The notes beneath the pieces were generated by a model that worked only from the letters and a program-made list of their open reading frames with translations, did not search any database and was not told the origin of the DNA. Positions 53,858-62,580 of a stretch of 64,000 nt of DNA are shown piece by piece. The stretch lies in contig CAWEWX010000039.1 in NCBI GenBank assembly GCA_963812655.1, forward strand, positions 159,832-223,831, in the 5' to 3' direction. Positions within the stretch are counted from its first letter, which is position 1, and each line of letters opens with the position of its first letter. This DNA comes from an uncultured delta proteobacterium. Lineage in GTDB: Bacteria > Desulfobacterota > Desulfobaccia > Desulfobaccales > 0-14-0-80-60-11. The position numbers and the translations under genes are program-made.

Positions 53858-54658
53858 CTAGACTCCGATCCTGCCTTTCAAGGCGTCTATTTGAAAATCA
53901 TAGGCATGCAAGCCCTTAGACGCAAAACTTAAACTGCCGGTCCGCACCCCCAAATCCTGGGCCATGTATTCCTGAACCAGCGCCAGGCCTCCCATGTTTT
54001 CAGGCCAGCCTCCATAGCAGTCCCAGGATCTGAAATAGACGTTCATACATAGATAGTTTTCACCATCTTCCTTAACGATCTTGGTGTCCACTATTCTCAG
54101 GCAGGGACTGGTGCCTCGCTCCATCTCATTGCGGTACTCCTGGTCATAGGCAAAGTTTGATTCCGGGTAGCCCACCGCGATGCAGCAATGGTTATTCCCA
54201 AACCCCACCCGCTTATAATGGTCGAGGCACCATTGCACCTGGTCAGGGACTAGCACCGCAGGTACCCGGCCCTCTTGCTTAAGGCCATCTAAGGCGAGTT
54301 GGGGTATGGCGTACCTGCCCCCCCGCAACCAGGTGGAATACCGGTAGTGTTCATTGGGTTTAAGTTCGCTATTCATCAAATATTCGACGAAGTAGTTCTC
54401 GATGGCTTCATCCGAAGTCGGCGCCGGAATTCCCTGGGGTACGCTTACCGCCAGGGGCAGCCTCACCCCGCCCTCGGTGTAGCGGATGGGTTCCAGGATA
54501 GTTCCGCTTACCATGTCAAACTCCAATCTCTCGGCTCCGGCAAAGGAGCCGGCATCGATTTTATATCGGCGCCCGTGGTGATAAAGTTGCCTTAATAATT
54601 CGAACCAGGTCTCATCCAGGTTTTTTCCTTCCACATGGACCGATCTGAAACCTTTCAT
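53858..54658 (-). CDS. Thymidylate synthase (ThyA) superfamily protein, divergent
   Basis: By-eye alignment to E. coli ThyA over the catalytic core: SPCL (for APCH), YFRSWDCYGGWPENMGGLALV (for [21 protein letters not shown]), and GLHAY (for DTHLY). ATG 54658 follows GGAGG. Confidence 0.7.
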   Translation of the reverse strand: MKGFRSVHVEGKNLDETWFELLRQLYHHGRRYKIDAGSFAGAERLEFDMVSGTILEPIRYTEGGVRLPLAVSVPQGIPAPTSDEAIENYFVEYLMNSELKPNEHYRYSTWLRGGRYAIPQLALDGLKQEGRVPAVLVPDQVQWCLDHYKRVGFGNNHCCIAVGYPESNFAYDQEYRNEMERGTSPCLRIVDTKIVKEDGENYLCMNVYFRSWDCYGGWPENMGGLALVQEYMAQDLGVRTGSLSFASKGLHAYDFQIDALKGRIGV

Positions 54659-54820
54659 TCCGGGGCCTCCATTGCCAACGGTTATTAAGGGCGACCCGAG
54701 CACAGGCTGGAAGCCTGTGCCATTGGCGCCCCTATAGCCAAACCGAGTTTTGAGATTAATTCCCCCTCACCCTAGCCCTCTCCCCCATCGGGGGAGAGGG
54801 GATAAAGAAGGAACTTAATG

Positions 54821-54884
54821 GCGGTCAGCTTTTTAGTTTTTAGTTTTCCCCTTAGCTGACTGCTGACCGCTGATAGCTGACCGC
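54821..54884. repeat. Inverted heptamer-array hairpin (GCGGTCAGCT ... AGCTGACCGC with GCTGACY repeats)
   Basis: Read directly in the spacer between the ThyA-like gene and purH. Confidence 0.75.
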
Positions 54885-54887
54885 TAC

Positions 54888-56177
54888 TCAATGCTTAAAA
54901 CAGCGCTGGCCGGTGAAGACCATGGCCACCGGAGGCTCGGCTTCGTTGCAGGCCTCGATGACTTCGTAGTCACGCACTGAGCCGCCGGAGTGGGCCACCG
55001 CGGTGATCCCCTGGCGGATGCCTACGTCCACCCCGTCCCGGAAGGGGAAAAAGGCGTCGGAGATCATCACCGCGCCGCTGAGGCCGCCCTTGTCCTCTTG
55101 GGTGGCCAGGTCGATGACCACCTGGTCCGCGGCGTCCCGTTTGGCCCGGAGGATCTCCAGTTCCAGTTGTTTATAAGGCATGCCGAACTGCTTGAAGCAG
55201 AGGGTGTCGGCGTATTTGGTATAAGCCTTGAAGGCCGCGATCTCCGCCACTCCCACCCGGTCCTGTTCGCCGGTGCCGATGCCCACGGTGCAGCCGTCTT
55301 TCACGAAGATAACCGAGTTGGAAGTGATGCCCTGTTCCACCCACCAGCCGAAGAGGAGGTCGTCGTATTCCCGCTCGCTGGGCTGGCGCCGGCAGCGGTA
55401 TTCCTGGCCCTGGTGCATGGCCGCGGCTGGTTTGAAATCCTCCCGCTTGAGGATGGCGTTCAAGGGCGACTGCTGGACGATGAGGCCGCCGTCGATCAGG
55501 GCCTTGAATTCCACGGTGCGGGCGTGCACCAGGTGTTGCAGCTTGGCGAAATGGGGAACTTTGATGATCCGCAGGTCCCTGGCTTTTTTGAGAATATCCA
55601 GGGCGCCGGCCTCGAAGTCCGGGGCAGCCACCACCTCCAGGTAGTTCCCGGAGATGAGTTCCGCGGTGGTCTTATCCAGGGGCCGGTTGAAGACCGCGGC
55701 GCCCCCGAAGGCGGCGATGCGGTCGGCCAGGTTGGCCCGATCGTAGGCCTCGGCCAGGGAGCCGGCCCAGGCCGCGCCGCAAGGGTTGTTGTGCTTCAGG
55801 ATCACCGCCGCGGGCCTGGCCTGGAGATATTTGATGATATTGAGGCCGTTGTCCAGGTCCGTCAGGTTGGTCTTCCCCGGGTGCTTGCCCGCCTGGAGCA
55901 TGGCCGCCTCGTCGATGGCGCTGGTGAGGCCGTTGCCGGGGTCCAGGAAATGGCAGCCCCCCAGGGTCAGATTTCCCCCCACCAGCTCGTAGAGGGCCGC
56001 CTCCTGGCCGGGGTTCTCCCCGTAACGCAGCCCCATTTCGATGACCTCGCCTTTGGCGTCGGGCAGCTTCCAGGTGCGCTTGCGATAGAGCAGCTTCTGG
56101 TTGCCGAAGCTGATGGTCATCTCCGGGGGGAAATGGTCCGCCATCACGGTGCGGTACATGGCCTTGATCTCACTCAT
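54888..56177 (-). CDS. purH: AICAR formyltransferase domain protein (PurH-like, lacking the IMP cyclohydrolase/MGS domain)
   Basis: LRYGENPGQ near the N-terminus, ILKHNNPCG and GTGEQDRV are AICARFT motifs. Only ~50 aa precede the AICARFT core. Confidence 0.8.
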   Translation of the reverse strand: MSEIKAMYRTVMADHFPPEMTISFGNQKLLYRKRTWKLPDAKGEVIEMGLRYGENPGQEAALYELVGGNLTLGGCHFLDPGNGLTSAIDEAAMLQAGKHPGKTNLTDLDNGLNIIKYLQARPAAVILKHNNPCGAAWAGSLAEAYDRANLADRIAAFGGAAVFNRPLDKTTAELISGNYLEVVAAPDFEAGALDILKKARDLRIIKVPHFAKLQHLVHARTVEFKALIDGGLIVQQSPLNAILKREDFKPAAAMHQGQEYRCRRQPSEREYDDLLFGWWVEQGITSNSVIFVKDGCTVGIGTGEQDRVGVAEIAAFKAYTKYADTLCFKQFGMPYKQLELEILRAKRDAADQVVIDLATQEDKGGLSGAVMISDAFFPFRDGVDVGIRQGITAVAHSGGSVRDYEVIEACNEAEPPVAMVFTGQRCFKH

Positions 56178-56552
56178 CCGCGGTGCCTCCGAAGAAAGTT
56201 TTCTGTTTTCCGTTTTCTGGGTGGGCGCCGCCAGAGGCCGCTCGGTTAGGGCTATCTGCGAGCGTTCCCTTTAACCACTTTAAAGATTAAAGGCAATTTC
56301 CTCTTGCGCCGGAGCCGACCGCAGGCGGGCAACCTTATTGTGCCATGGGAAGGCCTCCTTGACAAGCGACTTTGGGGCTCCCGGGAGAAATTGACAGGAG
56401 GCGGGAAGAATGCTAATATTTCAAGTGAGTTGTCGGTGAGGAGGCGCCAGCCGCCTCGCCGGCGGGAATCGCCGCGGGTAACGCTTCTGCGTGTTAAGAG
56501 GTCTTAATAGATGGGCGGCTAAGCATGAGAAAAACGTTTTTTGCGCTTACAA

Positions 56553-56586
56553 AAAACCGGAAACCGCAAACCGCAAACCGAAAACT
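56553..56586. repeat. Tandem heptanucleotide array (AAACCGG/AAACCGC/AAACCGA)n
   Basis: aaaaaaccggaaaccgcaaaccgcaaaccgaaaac, immediately 5' of the ATG at 56596. Confidence 0.85.
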
Positions 56587-56595
56587 GCCTTTAAC

Positions 56596-56862
56596 ATGGA
56601 GATCAAGACCTTGGATTTCTTGGTGGGGGTGAGCGTAGGGGCGATTCTGGGCGTGGGCCTGACCCTGGCCATCAGGAGCATTCGGGGCTGGCTGGGCTAC
56701 TCCGAAACCTCCCGGCTCAGGTCCGAAGTCCGCTCCCTGAAACGCCGCCTGGCGGAAAAAGACCGGCACATCGCCCGCATGCTCACCGAGACGGAGCGCC
56801 TGGCGGAGCGGCTGCAGGAGGCCAAGGTCCTGGAGCAGGTGGAAAAGAAGGGGCTGGATTGA
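56596..56862 (+). CDS. Small membrane-anchored coiled-coil protein, hypothetical
   Basis: One TM (FLVGVSVGAILGVGLTLAI), then a charged heptad-like helix. Confidence 0.5.
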   Translation: MEIKTLDFLVGVSVGAILGVGLTLAIRSIRGWLGYSETSRLRSEVRSLKRRLAEKDRHIARMLTETERLAERLQEAKVLEQVEKKGLD

Positions 56863-57013
56863 AGGAAGGTTGTGCCAAGGCTAAGGCGTAGGGCGCGTCT
56901 TCCGCGCCCTGCCGGTGCGGCGGGCGTCTCGCCCGCCACTCAGTCCGCACCGGTTTTTTTCGAGGGACGCTGGCACCACCAATTCTTCACAACTTTTCAA
57001 GGCAGGAGGACAG

Positions 57014-57337
57014 ATGGCCAGCAAGAAATTTTCCGTCAACGGGGCCGCGGTGGGCGGCCTGGCGGGGTGGGTGGCCGAAGTGGCCATTCAGGAGATCACC
57101 GGGCATCACATTACCAGCGGCATCCTGGAGCTGTTGGGCGCGGCGGCGGGGCTTTGCCGCCTGGACCGGCGGCTGGCCGCGGCCTTGCAAGACACCCTAA
57201 ATGAGGCCCGGGGCGAGGACCGGGAAGATTATCGCCAACTGAAGGAGCGTATCCGGGAACTCACCCGGGATCTCCCGGAGTTGCGGGAGATTCTGGACAA
57301 CCTGGTGGACGCCGGGCTCCAGGCCCAGAAGGCCTAA
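57014..57337 (+). CDS. Hypothetical protein
   Basis: ATG 57014 follows AGGAGGA. Glycine-zipper-like N-terminus, then a charged helix. Confidence 0.45.
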   Translation: MASKKFSVNGAAVGGLAGWVAEVAIQEITGHHITSGILELLGAAAGLCRLDRRLAAALQDTLNEARGEDREDYRQLKERIRELTRDLPELREILDNLVDAGLQAQKA

Positions 57338-57338
57338 G

Positions 57339-57770
57339 GTGTTAGGACTGAGCCTGCTGGTGCGCCTGGGCCGCCGGGTCCTGGCGGGCCCGGTAGCCGG
57401 GTCCGGGATTTTGCCCGCCTCCTATTACCGCCACCTGGCGCTGGCGGCCATGGAAGGAGAGGATTTTCCCGGGGCCCTGGATTATCTGCAATGGGTGAAG
57501 GACCCCCTGCTGGCCCAGCTCCTGGTGTTGCGCCTGCGCCTGCTGGCTGACCGCCACGGCCGCCGCCGCCAGGTCCTCTCGGAGCTGCTGCAGGAGGCCA
57601 GTGGCACAGGCTTCCAGCCTGTGTCTTGCACAGGCCAGAGGCCTGTGCCACTAGAGAAATATCAGGCCCTGCTGCTGGCGGAGGAGCGGGCCCTTAAGCT
57701 CCTCAGGGCATACGAAGCCCGGGCCCTGGGCCTGTTGAGCAAAGAAGCTAATCTTGCCAGGGCGGGGTGA
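57339..57770 (+). CDS. Hypothetical protein carrying in-frame REP units
   Basis: The GTG start lies 1 nt after the upstream stop. The helical sequence is interrupted by peptide GTGFQPVSCTGQRPVP, encoded by GGCACAGGC-type repeats (57598..57655). Confidence 0.35.
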   Translation: MLGLSLLVRLGRRVLAGPVAGSGILPASYYRHLALAAMEGEDFPGALDYLQWVKDPLLAQLLVLRLRLLADRHGRRRQVLSELLQEASGTGFQPVSCTGQRPVPLEKYQALLLAEERALKLLRAYEARALGLLSKEANLARAG

Positions 57771-58327
57771 CCCACCCCCGACCACCCCTGCTGCCGCCTG
57801 GGCGGCGGGTCAAGGGCATCTCCCGTTTGAGCCGATCTCTCCTGCCATCTCCGTCCAGGCAAACCGAGGCGCGGTTGGAAACAGATGATTATTACATGGG
57901 CCAGGCCCTGGACGCGGCAAGGCTCGCCCTGGCCGCGGGAGAGGTGCCGGTGGGCGCGGTGGTGGTGGGGGAGGGGGGTAAGATTCTGGGCCGGGCCTGC
58001 AACCAACCCATTGGGCTCCACGACCCCACGGGCCATGCCGAAGTGCTGGCGTTGCGGCAGGCCGCGGCCGCGGCCGGGAATTACCGATTGCCCGGGATGA
58101 CCCTTTATGTTACCATTGAGCCCTGCATCATGTGTCTGGGGGCCTTGTTACAGGCCCGGGTGGCCAGGGTGGTCTTTGGCGCCACGGACCCCAAGGGTGG
58201 GGCCTGCGTCTCCCTGTTCCGCTTGCCGGAAGATGAACGTTTAAACCATCGGATTGAGGTAACCGGCGGGGTGCGGGAGGCGGAGTGCCGGGAGCTGCTG
58301 CAGGAGTTTTTCCGGGCCCGGCGCTAG
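57767..58327 (+). CDS. tadA: tRNA adenosine(34) deaminase
   Basis: HAE (TGHAEVLAL) and PCxxC (EPCIMCLGAL) CDA zinc motifs. The true start may be internal (TTG 57875 or ATG 57896), since the first ~36 codons are low-complexity. Confidence 0.85.
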   Translation: MTHPRPPLLPPGRRVKGISRLSRSLLPSPSRQTEARLETDDYYMGQALDAARLALAAGEVPVGAVVVGEGGKILGRACNQPIGLHDPTGHAEVLALRQAAAAAGNYRLPGMTLYVTIEPCIMCLGALLQARVARVVFGATDPKGGACVSLFRLPEDERLNHRIEVTGGVREAECRELLQEFFRARR

Positions 58328-58408
58328 GTTTGCGCTTCAGATTTTCGTTTAATAGAATAATAAATTCTGCTCTTATAGTAGAACCGAAAACCGAAAACCG
58401 TCTTTTCA

Positions 58409-58502
58409 GGAGGGGTACCGAAGAGGCCGTAACGGGGTCGACTCGAAATCGACTTGGGGGCTAATCACTCCCACGTGGGTTCGAATCCCACCCCCTCCGC
58501 CA
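58409..58502 (+). tRNA. tRNA-Ser (anticodon CGA), CCA encoded
   Basis: Hand-folded. Acceptor GGAGGGG/CCCCTCC, anticodon stem GTCGA/TCGAC with loop CTCGAAA, long variable arm, T-arm GTGGG-TTCGAAT-CCCAC, then G-CCA. Confidence 0.9.
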
Positions 58503-58635
58503 GTAGTATAGTTGCCAGTGGTCAGTTGTCAGTAGTCAGTAGGATGGGTGGGCCTGGCCCGCCATTTAGGCTCACCACTTGCACAGCGCTTTTTATAACA
58601 GTTATACTTATAATAATACAGTATAGAATCTCTAG

Positions 58636-59319
58636 ATGGACGATGTTACTTTAAAAAGAAAAGCTCTATCCGGACTCGCCAAATTTCTGGTGATTTTGTG
58701 TATCCTGATATTTTTGCCCGCCTGGTCATTGGCATATTGGCAGGGGTGGGTTTTCTTTCTTACTTTTTCTATTTTCATGACTGTCTCCGGTCTTTACTTT
58801 CTTAAAAATGATCCGAAACTCGTGGAGACGCGGCTGAAGGCCGGACCGGCGGCTGAAAAAGAGAAGAGCCAAAAAATCATCATGGCATTCATGTATTTAT
58901 TCTTTATTACTCTAATGGTTTTCCCCGGATTAGACCATCATTTCGGCTGGTCGGAAGTACCGCCATATCTCGTTATCCTCGGGGACATCCTGGTGGTCTT
59001 GGGACTGTTCATATATTGTCTCGCCTTTAGAGAAAACAGCTATGCATCAGCCATTATTGAGGTAGGCAAAGAACAGCGGGTTATCTCAACCGGCCCCTAC
59101 GCGGTTATCCGTCATCCGGTTTACTCCGGAGCAATCATTATGCTATGGGGGATTCCGTTGGCGCTGGGTTCGTGGGGGGCATTTTATTTCGTCTTTCTGC
59201 TCCTAGCCGCAATCGTGTGGAGGCTGTTGGCTGAAGAAAAATTTTTAATAAAAAATTTGCCCGGCTATCAAAGCTACTGTCAGAAGATGCGTTATCGGTT
59301 AATTCCTTTAATTTGGTAA
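58636..59319 (+). CDS. Isoprenylcysteine carboxyl methyltransferase (ICMT/PEMT-like) family membrane protein
   Basis: Multi-TM, with the ICMT-type C-terminal motif ISTGPYAVIRHPVYSGAII...E..L. AT-richer than the backbone. Confidence 0.75.
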   Translation: MDDVTLKRKALSGLAKFLVILCILIFLPAWSLAYWQGWVFFLTFSIFMTVSGLYFLKNDPKLVETRLKAGPAAEKEKSQKIIMAFMYLFFITLMVFPGLDHHFGWSEVPPYLVILGDILVVLGLFIYCLAFRENSYASAIIEVGKEQRVISTGPYAVIRHPVYSGAIIMLWGIPLALGSWGAFYFVFLLLAAIVWRLLAEEKFLIKNLPGYQSYCQKMRYRLIPLIW

Positions 59320-59418
59320 AGATAAGGAAAAAATTGCCGCGCCAGAGCCAAAAGCAGTAGGATTTTATAAGTACCTGACGCGGTTAACTATTTGGCAACC
59401 AGGCGCCCAAAATTCACC

Positions 59419-59509
59419 GGAGAGATGCCCGAGAGGCTGAAGGGGCACGATTGGAAATCGTGTGAGCGCCTAAAACGCTCCGAGGGTTCGAATCCCTCTC
59501 TCTCCGCCA
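59419..59509 (+). tRNA. tRNA-Ser (anticodon GGA), CCA encoded
   Basis: Hand-folded. Acceptor GGAGAGA/TCTCTCC, anticodon stem CACGA/TCGTG with loop TTGGAAA, long variable arm, T-arm GAGGG-TTCGAAT-CCCTC, then G-CCA. Confidence 0.9.
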
Positions 59510-59519
59510 TTAAATACAG

Positions 59520-59673
59520 TTTTCGGTTTCCGGTTTCCGGTTTTCGGTAAGAGATCCTATTCTGTGGCTCTCTTGTGCCTGGAAAATCCTCTTATTGACA
59601 CAACTTATAAAAAAAGAGAAAAAGGTCCTAAACGGGTTTTTAACCGAAAACCGCTAACTGAAAACCGGAAACC
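59520..59673. repeat. Inverted pair of (TTTCGGT/TTTCCGG)n and (AAACCGN)n heptamer arrays bracketing the dnaX upstream region
   Basis: ttttcggtttccggtttccggttttcgg (59520..59547) against ccgaaaaccgctaactgaaaaccggaaacc (59644..59673). Confidence 0.8.
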
Positions 59674-59681
59674 CTCCTCTC

Positions 59682-61313
59682 ATGGCTTACCAGGTCCTGG
59701 CCCGGAAGTGGCGTCCCCAGACGTTTGAAGAGGTGGTGGGTCAGGAGCCCATCACCCGCACCCTGCAAAATGCCCTGGCGCAAGGCCGGGTGGCCCACGC
59801 CTTCCTGTTCAGCGGCCCCCGGGGGGTGGGCAAGACCTCGGTGGCCCGCATCCTGGCCAAGGCCCTTAACTGCGTGGCCGGCCCCACCCCGCACCCCGAC
59901 AACACCTGCGACATCTGCCGGGAGATCACCCTGGGCTCCTCCCTGGACGTGCTGGAAATCGACGGCGCTTCCAACCGGGGCATCGACGAGGTTCGGGATC
60001 TGCGGGAGAAGATCAAATATATGCCGGCCCGCGGCCAGTATAGGGTTTACATTATCGATGAAGTTCACATGCTCACCGATCCGGCCTTCAACGCCCTGTT
60101 GAAGACCCTGGAGGAGCCTCCGGCCCACGCGGTCTTCATCCTGGCCACCACCCACCCCCACAAGGTGCCAGCGACCATCCTCTCCCGCTGCCAGCGCTAC
60201 GATTTTCGCCGGCTGCCCACCGGGGTGATCCAGGCGCAGTTGGGGAAGCTGGCCGGCCAGGAAGGCTGGCGCATCGATCCCGAGGGCCTGGCCCTGTTGG
60301 CCCGGGCCGCGGAGGGAAGCCTCCGGGACGCCCAGGGTTTTCTGGACCAGGTGGTGACCTTTGGGGGCGAGGGGGTCACGGCCGCGGAAATCGCCCGCAT
60401 CCTGGGGGTGACGGACCGGGGGGCGCTGCTGGCCGCCCTGGGGGCCATTATTGACCGCAACGGGCCGCAGTTGCTGGCCCTGATTGACGAGCTCTACAAT
60501 CAAGGGCACGACCTGCGGCGTTTTTATGAAGACCTGGTGCTCTACGCCCGGCACTTGCTGCTGGCGGGGCTGCACCACGAGTCCCGGCACCTGGCCGCGG
60601 TGGCCGACTCGGAATGGGAGGCGCTCACCACCCTGGCCCGGCGGACCCCCGAGATTCATCTGCACAATCTGCTTACGGTGCTGCTCCAGGGTGAAGAAGA
60701 GCTGAAAAGGGCGGCCCAGCCCCGGCTCGTCTTGGAGGTGCTGCTCCTCAAGCTGATCCACCTGGAGCCGGTAATGCCACTGGCCTCCTGGCTGGCCCGG
60801 CTGGAGTCCCTGGAACAACGTCTGGAGGGCCGCGGCCCGGCGGCCCCGGAATCGCCGGACCGCCTGGAGGGCAGGGGGGTATCCGGGCCGGTCAGCGCGG
60901 CGCCACCGCCGCCTGAGGCGGCCGCCGCGCCGGCCCCGGAAGTCCCGGAGGCGGCGCCCCCGGCGGAGAACTGGCAGGCCTTCCTGCAATACGTCCGGGA
61001 GACGGAAGGCGGACCCCTGTATGGCAAGCTCTCCCAATGCCGCCTGTTGGGGATCGAGGATCATCGCCTCAAGGTGGCCCCGGGGCGCACCTGGAACGCG
61101 GTGGGCCGGGCCCATGAGGCCCGCTTGCAGGAGCTGGCCCGGGCCTTTTTCGGGGACCGCTGCGTCCTGGAAATCATGGCCCCCGAGGCCAGGACCCCGG
61201 GGAATAAGGCGGTGGCCGCCAGTGAAACCTTCAATATGACGGAACTCAAACAACAGGCCCTGGAAATCTTCGGGGGCGCCTTCATCTCCCCGGGGAAGGA
61301 GAAACCTGAGTAA
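59682..61313 (+). CDS. dnaX: DNA polymerase III subunits gamma/tau
   Basis: LARKWRPQTFEEVVGQE, Walker A GPRGVGKTS, Zn module C..C..C..C-like (NCV...CDIC) and SRC motif (ILSRCQ). Confidence 0.95.
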   Translation: MAYQVLARKWRPQTFEEVVGQEPITRTLQNALAQGRVAHAFLFSGPRGVGKTSVARILAKALNCVAGPTPHPDNTCDICREITLGSSLDVLEIDGASNRGIDEVRDLREKIKYMPARGQYRVYIIDEVHMLTDPAFNALLKTLEEPPAHAVFILATTHPHKVPATILSRCQRYDFRRLPTGVIQAQLGKLAGQEGWRIDPEGLALLARAAEGSLRDAQGFLDQVVTFGGEGVTAAEIARILGVTDRGALLAALGAIIDRNGPQLLALIDELYNQGHDLRRFYEDLVLYARHLLLAGLHHESRHLAAVADSEWEALTTLARRTPEIHLHNLLTVLLQGEEELKRAAQPRLVLEVLLLKLIHLEPVMPLASWLARLESLEQRLEGRGPAAPESPDRLEGRGVSGPVSAAPPPPEAAAAPAPEVPEAAPPAENWQAFLQYVRETEGGPLYGKLSQCRLLGIEDHRLKVAPGRTWNAVGRAHEARLQELARAFFGDRCVLEIMAPEARTPGNKAVAASETFNMTELKQQALEIFGGAFISPGKEKPE

Positions 61314-61621
61314 TGAATATTATGTCCATGATGAAGCAGGCCCAGAAACTGCAGGCCAAGATGGCGGAGATGCAGGCGGAGTTGGGCAACCGCACGGCCA
61401 CCGCCCAGGCCGGCGGCGGCATGGTGGAGGCCACGGTCAACGGCCGCCAGGAACTGCTGAGTCTGCGCATCGACCCGGAGGTGGCGAGCCCCGACGACGT
61501 GGAGATGCTCCAAGACCTGATCCTGGCCGCGGTGAACGAGGCCCTGAACCGCTCCCGGGAGATGATGGCCCAGGAGATGAGTAAGCTCACCGGGGGCATG
61601 CAGATACCGGGAATGTTTTGA
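61313..61621 (+). CDS. ybaB: YbaB/EbfC-family nucleoid-associated protein
   Basis: MMKQAQKLQAKM.EMQ.EL......A.AGGGMVEATVNG. Canonical dnaX-ybaB-recR synteny. Confidence 0.9.
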   Translation: MNIMSMMKQAQKLQAKMAEMQAELGNRTATAQAGGGMVEATVNGRQELLSLRIDPEVASPDDVEMLQDLILAAVNEALNRSREMMAQEMSKLTGGMQIPGMF

Positions 61622-61690
61622 GAGTGAGCAGCGAACAGTGAGCAGTGAGCAGTAAGCAGTAACCAGTAAGCTTTTCTGCTCACTGCTCAC
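61622..61690. repeat. Heptamer array (CAGTGAG/CAGTAAG)n folding back on CTGCTCACTGCTCAC (terminator-like hairpin)
   Basis: gagtgagcagcgaacagtgagcagtgagcagtaagcagtaaccagtaagcttttctgctcactgctcac. The 3' segment is the reverse complement of array units. Confidence 0.8.
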
Positions 61691-61700
61691 AGGAGTAAAA

Positions 61701-62306
61701 ATGTCAGGAAACGCTTATCCCGCAGCCTTGCGGCGGGTGATCCAGGCAATCGGCAAGTGGCCGGGGGTGGGGGAGAAGACCGCGGCCCGCATGGCCCTGC
61801 ACCTGCTGCGGGTCCCCCGGGCGGAGGTTCTGGAGTTGGCCCAGGCCCTGTTGGAGCTCAAGGAGAAGATCCAGCTCTGCCGGCGGTGTTATGCCTTCGC
61901 GGACCAGGAGCTTTGTCCCATCTGCGCTGATCCGGCCCGCCGCCCCGGGCAGCTTTTGGTGGTGGCCGAGCCCGGCGATCTGCTGGCCATCGAGAAGGTG
62001 GGCTGGTACCAGGGGAGCTATCATGTCCTGGGCGGCCTCATCACTCCCCTGGAAGGGGTGGCCCCTGATGACTTGCGGATCCGGGAGCTGCTGGCGCGGA
62101 TCCGGGCCGAAGCGGTGCAGGAGGTGATCCTGGCCCTCAACCCCTCTCTCGAAGGAGAGACCACCACCGCCTACCTGGCCATGGAACTGAAGCCCTTGGG
62201 CGTCAAGGTGACTCGCATCGCCTACGGTTTGCCCATGGGCGGTGAGATCAAGTACGCCGACCGGCAGACCCTGAAGGAGTCCCTGAGCCATCGGGTGGAG
62301 GCCTGA
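61701..62306 (+). CDS. recR: Recombination protein RecR
   Basis: LPGVG.K.A.R.A..LL (HhH), C4 zinc finger C..C....C.IC, and Toprim domain. Confidence 0.95.
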   Translation: MSGNAYPAALRRVIQAIGKWPGVGEKTAARMALHLLRVPRAEVLELAQALLELKEKIQLCRRCYAFADQELCPICADPARRPGQLLVVAEPGDLLAIEKVGWYQGSYHVLGGLITPLEGVAPDDLRIRELLARIRAEAVQEVILALNPSLEGETTTAYLAMELKPLGVKVTRIAYGLPMGGEIKYADRQTLKESLSHRVEA

Positions 62307-62308
62307 GG

Positions 62309-62345
62309 AGTAGTCAGTAGTCAGTAGTCAGTTGTCAGTTAGCCA
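62309..62345. repeat. Tandem heptanucleotide array (CAGTAGT/CAGTTGT)n
   Basis: gtagtcagtagtcagtagtcagttgtcagttagcc, directly after the recR stop. Confidence 0.9.
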
Positions 62346-62580
62346 ACAGGTTAGCTCACCTTTATTTCTTAAGGGAAAAAATACATAAGGCAGCCTATTT
62401 GGTTTTCTATATTTTGTTGACGATCCAACTCATATCCCTACTTCCCAGGAAGCCTGGAATTCCGCCCTGGAACTTCAAAAGAAACGGATGGGACGTTCTG
62501 CCGGAAGTCTAAGGCACTGGGTGAGCATTGATCTTTTCATCAATACTTCCGACATAATTGAACTCTCTGAAACCTCTTAC

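Noticed and set aside
59640-61253. 537-aa minus-strand ORF opposite dnaX. Similar long antisense ORFs lie opposite relA (49477..51093), the waaC/SDR genes (11913..13685), ppdK (38103..39368), purH (54990..56249), msbA (19384..20418) and lpxA (9827..11098).
   Set aside because: These are typical high-GC antisense open frames: R/G/P/H-rich, with no recognisable domains, and each fully overlaps a gene with strong family motifs.
62346-62580. Small ORFs (39 and 25 codons) in the recR-rodA spacer
   Set aside because: They have no RBS and no recognisable peptide features, and one runs into the heptamer array. I keep the region as non-coding of unknown function.
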